Shown here one piece after another: positions 61,935 to 64,000 of a stretch of 64,000 bases of DNA. The notes under the pieces are model-generated. The model was given only the letters and a program-made list of their open reading frames with translations. It was not told the DNA's origin and made no database searches. Position 1 is the first letter of the stretch; each line of letters opens with the position of its first letter. The translations under genes and the position numbers were made by a program. Origin of the DNA: Chitinophagaceae bacterium PMP191F (lineage in GTDB: Bacteria; Bacteroidota; Bacteroidia; Chitinophagales; Chitinophagaceae); assembly GCA_001302245.1 (NCBI GenBank), contig LGYU01000015.1:96744-160743 (forward strand). Reading direction: 5' to 3'.

Positions 61935-62028
61935 TTTGAAAATTTGAAAGTGTGCTAATTTGAAAATGGTTAGCACATCAATTTTGGAATGTCATTTTCA
62001 GATTTTCAAATTCGCAAATTTTCAAATT
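61934..62028. promoter_or_regulatory. Palindromic AT-rich intergenic element between atpD and atpC
   Basis: Three forward copies of (a)atttgaaa(a/g). A central hairpin tgtgctaa-n11-ttagcaca (61951-61978). Then two reverse-complement copies attttcaaatt, ending at the atpC ATG. Confidence 0.4.
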
Positions 62029-62292
62029 ATGAACTTAGAGATATTAACTCCGGAGCGTAAGTTGTTCAGTGGTGATGTATATGGTGTACAATTGCCCGGT
62101 ATTACCGGTTTGTTTGAGGTGCTGGATAAGCACGCTCCGCTGGTAAGTGCATTGAAAGCCGGTAAATTGAAAGTGTTGAAAGATAAGAGCAATCACCTGG
62201 CTTATTACGATATACAGAGTGGCTTTGTGGAAGTGATCAACAACAAGGTTACCGTATTGGTAGAAGGTGCAGTAGCTGCTGATGTCAAATAG
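62029..62292 (+). CDS. atpC: F0F1 ATP synthase subunit epsilon
   Basis: MNLEILTPERKLFSGDV...GFVEV is typical of the AtpC N-terminal beta-sandwich. Short form of 87 aa. The track ORF carries a spurious 23-aa extension across the palindrome. Confidence 0.85.
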   Translation: MNLEILTPERKLFSGDVYGVQLPGITGLFEVLDKHAPLVSALKAGKLKVLKDKSNHLAYYDIQSGFVEVINNKVTVLVEGAVAADVK

Positions 62293-62325
62293 TACAGAAC
62301 ATTTATTCCAGATGGATATAATATT

Positions 62326-62351
62326 AAATCCGGCGCAAGCCGGATTTTTTT
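62326..62351 (+). terminator. Rho-independent terminator of atpD-atpC
   Basis: aaatccggc-gcaa-gccggattt followed by T7. Confidence 0.7.
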
Positions 62352-62781
62352 ATGTCACTATGTAAAGTATTAAAATATGCCGCGAAAATGTATGTATTAG
62401 TAAGATTTATTGACTGTCTGCCAAAACAGAATTATTCTGCTGTTGTATGATCTCTCTTCTCCGGCAATTACTGGTTGGCTTTATCATGTTACATTCTTCG
62501 CATTGGTTGATTAATATCTGATTCGTTTTGTATCGTCAGGGAAAATGATGAGAAGTTGTATTAATGGAGCTATTGTGCAGACTTACTACTGCTTGAGTGA
62601 AGGAAAATGAAAACTGGTTATTCCGATAATTGAGTTTTAAACTAGCTGCTCATTAATGTTATGTGTTGTTGAATCGGAGGGGATCCTTCCATATTTCCAT
62701 GTATCAAAGCTCAATATTTTACTTCATTACCTGCTTCAATGACACAGGCTTTTATCTATGTTGTAAAATTACAGTTTACAC

Positions 62782-62818
62782 AAAAAAATGAGAGGCGCCC
62801 CGGAATGGAGTGCCTCTC
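62782..62818 (-). terminator. Rho-independent terminator for the T9SS repeat-protein gene (minus strand)
   Basis: gagaggc/gcctctc stem. Preceded on + by A7. Confidence 0.6.
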
Positions 62819-62848
62819 GTAATCTTTTAAAGGATATCAGAAATATGA

Positions 62849-64000
62849 TTATTGCTGCTGTTTGATAAACTTGGCAGTGGTGCGTTTCTGGTTTTCAATG
62901 ATCAGTTCTACATAATAAGCACCTGTAGGCAGATTGGACACATTAACATTCTGGCGGAATAGTGTACTTGTTTTTTCTATCGCTACTCTGCGCAACAGTT
63001 TGCCATGGATGTCGTAGATGTTGATCACACCTTTACCATTAATATTGCTGGTGTACTGCAGGTTAAAGGCATCTGTAACAGGATTGGGATATACAGATAG
63101 TTTTGTTTCTGTATTACTATTATCAGCTGCTACATCTGTAGAAGCTATACGGTTTGCAACAGCATTACCGGTACTGGAAACTGTTACAATTACGGTATCA
63201 CCTCTTGGGTACCATGCATAATCCCAGATATCCAGTCGCAGCAAGTAGGTGCCAGCCACCAGGTTAGACAATGTAGTAACCGGTGCATTGGGAGAACCAA
63301 ATGTATACTGATCGGGTCCGCTTACTTTTACCCATTTGAACAACTGGATAGGACCACGTGAATCGTATGCTGAACCATTCAGTGTTGTACTGTTAGTAGG
63401 CAGTTTAAGGTTAATATCCGGACCTGCATCTACAGTGATCACCGGTGATGAAGTGTTGTTCTTCACAGTTACAATCACGGTATCACCTCTTGGGTACCAT
63501 GCATTGTCCCAGATATCCAGTCGCAGCATATAAGTGCCTGCTACCAGGTTAGACAATGTAGTTACCGGCGCATTGGGCGAACCAAATGTATATTGATCGG
63601 GTCCACTCACTTTTACCCATTTGAACAACTGTATAGGGCCGCGTGAATCGTATGCTGAACCATTCAGTGTAGTGCTGTTGGTGGGCAGCGTTAAAGTAAT
63701 ATCCGGACCAGCGTCTACCGTGATCACCGGAGTAGATGGGGTGGTACCGCCTTTCACAGTTACAATCACGGTATCACCTCTTGGGTACCATGCGTTGTCC
63801 CAGATATCCAGTCGCAGCATATAGGTACCCGCTACCAGGTTAGACAGTGTAGTAACCGGCGCATTGGGCGAACCGAATGTATACTGATCGGGTCCGCTTA
63901 CTTTTACCCATTTGAACTGCTGAATAGGACCACGTGAATCGTATGCTGAACCATTCAGTGTAGTGCTGTTGGTGGGCAGTGTTAAAGTAACATATGGACA
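62849..64000 (-). CDS. T9SS C-terminal-domain cargo protein built from tandem PKD/Ig-like repeats; the 5' part lies beyond the window
   Basis: Last roughly 85 aa form a type-A CTD (SVYPNPVTDAFNLQY...GAYYVELIIENQKRTTAKFIKQQQ). Upstream are at least three copies of a roughly 95-aa repeat (VDAGPDI.L.LPTNSTTLNGSAYDSRGPIQLFKWVKVSGPDQYTFGSPNAPVTTLSNLVAGTY.LRLDIWDNAWYPRGDTVIVTV). The ORF is still open at position 64000. Confidence 0.7.
   Translation of the reverse strand, partial: CPYVTLTLPTNSTTLNGSAYDSRGPIQQFKWVKVSGPDQYTFGSPNAPVTTLSNLVAGTYMLRLDIWDNAWYPRGDTVIVTVKGGTTPSTPVITVDAGPDITLTLPTNSTTLNGSAYDSRGPIQLFKWVKVSGPDQYTFGSPNAPVTTLSNLVAGTYMLRLDIWDNAWYPRGDTVIVTVKNNTSSPVITVDAGPDINLKLPTNSTTLNGSAYDSRGPIQLFKWVKVSGPDQYTFGSPNAPVTTLSNLVAGTYLLRLDIWDYAWYPRGDTVIVTVSSTGNAVANRIASTDVAADNSNTETKLSVYPNPVTDAFNLQYTSNINGKGVINIYDIHGKLLRRVAIEKTSTLFRQNVNVSNLPTGAYYVELIIENQKRTTAKFIKQQQ
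63130..64000. repeat. Tandem DNA repeats of about 285-291 bp, at least three copies, about 90% identical, inside the T9SS cargo gene
   Basis: The block acaat(c/t)acggtatcacctcttgggtaccatgc recurs at 63186, 63471 and 63762. The flanking sequence is near-identical. The six-frame track shows the same spurious + ORF three times (…TVTITVSPLGYHALSQISSRSI). Confidence 0.75.

Noticed and set aside
63018-63824. Three + strand ORFs of about 65 aa with near-identical C-termini (…TVTITVSPLGYHALSQISSRSI)
   Set aside because: They are artefacts of the 285-bp tandem repeat read in the antisense frame of the T9SS cargo gene. They are not independent genes.

Overview
This 64-kb chromosomal window most likely comes from a Bacteroidota genome, probably a Chitinophagaceae or Sphingobacteriia-like organism. 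That is an inference from several T9SS C-terminal sorting domains, a TPR-type sensor kinase, TonB-dependent receptors, a separate atpD-atpC locus, and roughly mid-40s % GC judged by eye. The window is gene dense, with about 55 CDS on both strands and no rRNA, tRNA, CRISPR array, transposase or integrase.

Content in order:
- Housekeeping genes: pyrD, a thiolase, a dihydroorotase-like gene, ubiE, engB, a PDH E2 subunit, dnaX, atpD and atpC.
- A two-component pair (LuxR-type response regulator and TPR sensor kinase) next to a Tat-signal DUF1800/DUF1501 pair. The DUF1501 protein also carries a T9SS C-terminal domain.
- An orphan TonB-dependent receptor.
- A roughly 11-kb glycan locus running from an MsbA-like ABC transporter through an O-antigen-ligase-family protein, four glycosyltransferases, a second Wzy-like membrane protein and a Wzx flippase. 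It is divergent from an initiating sugar transferase across a 520-bp control region.
- Several T9SS cargo proteins: a metzincin and a protein built from tandem PKD-like repeats.
- The most interesting block is a co-directional, tightly packed run on the minus strand: NfeD-like, flotillin, UbiA prenyltransferase, type III polyketide synthase, SAM methyltransferase, then FAD oxidoreductase. The last four resemble the srsABC alkylresorcinol/alkylquinone phenolic-lipid system with an added prenyltransferase. Here they abut a flotillin/NfeD membrane-microdomain scaffold, and a GbsR/MarR regulator lies just downstream.
- Several strong Rho-independent terminators.
- A long palindromic AT-rich element between atpD and atpC.
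- A roughly 440-bp ORF-free AT-rich island between two convergent terminators.

Every functional call comes from motifs read by eye in the translated ORFs. No database searches were run.
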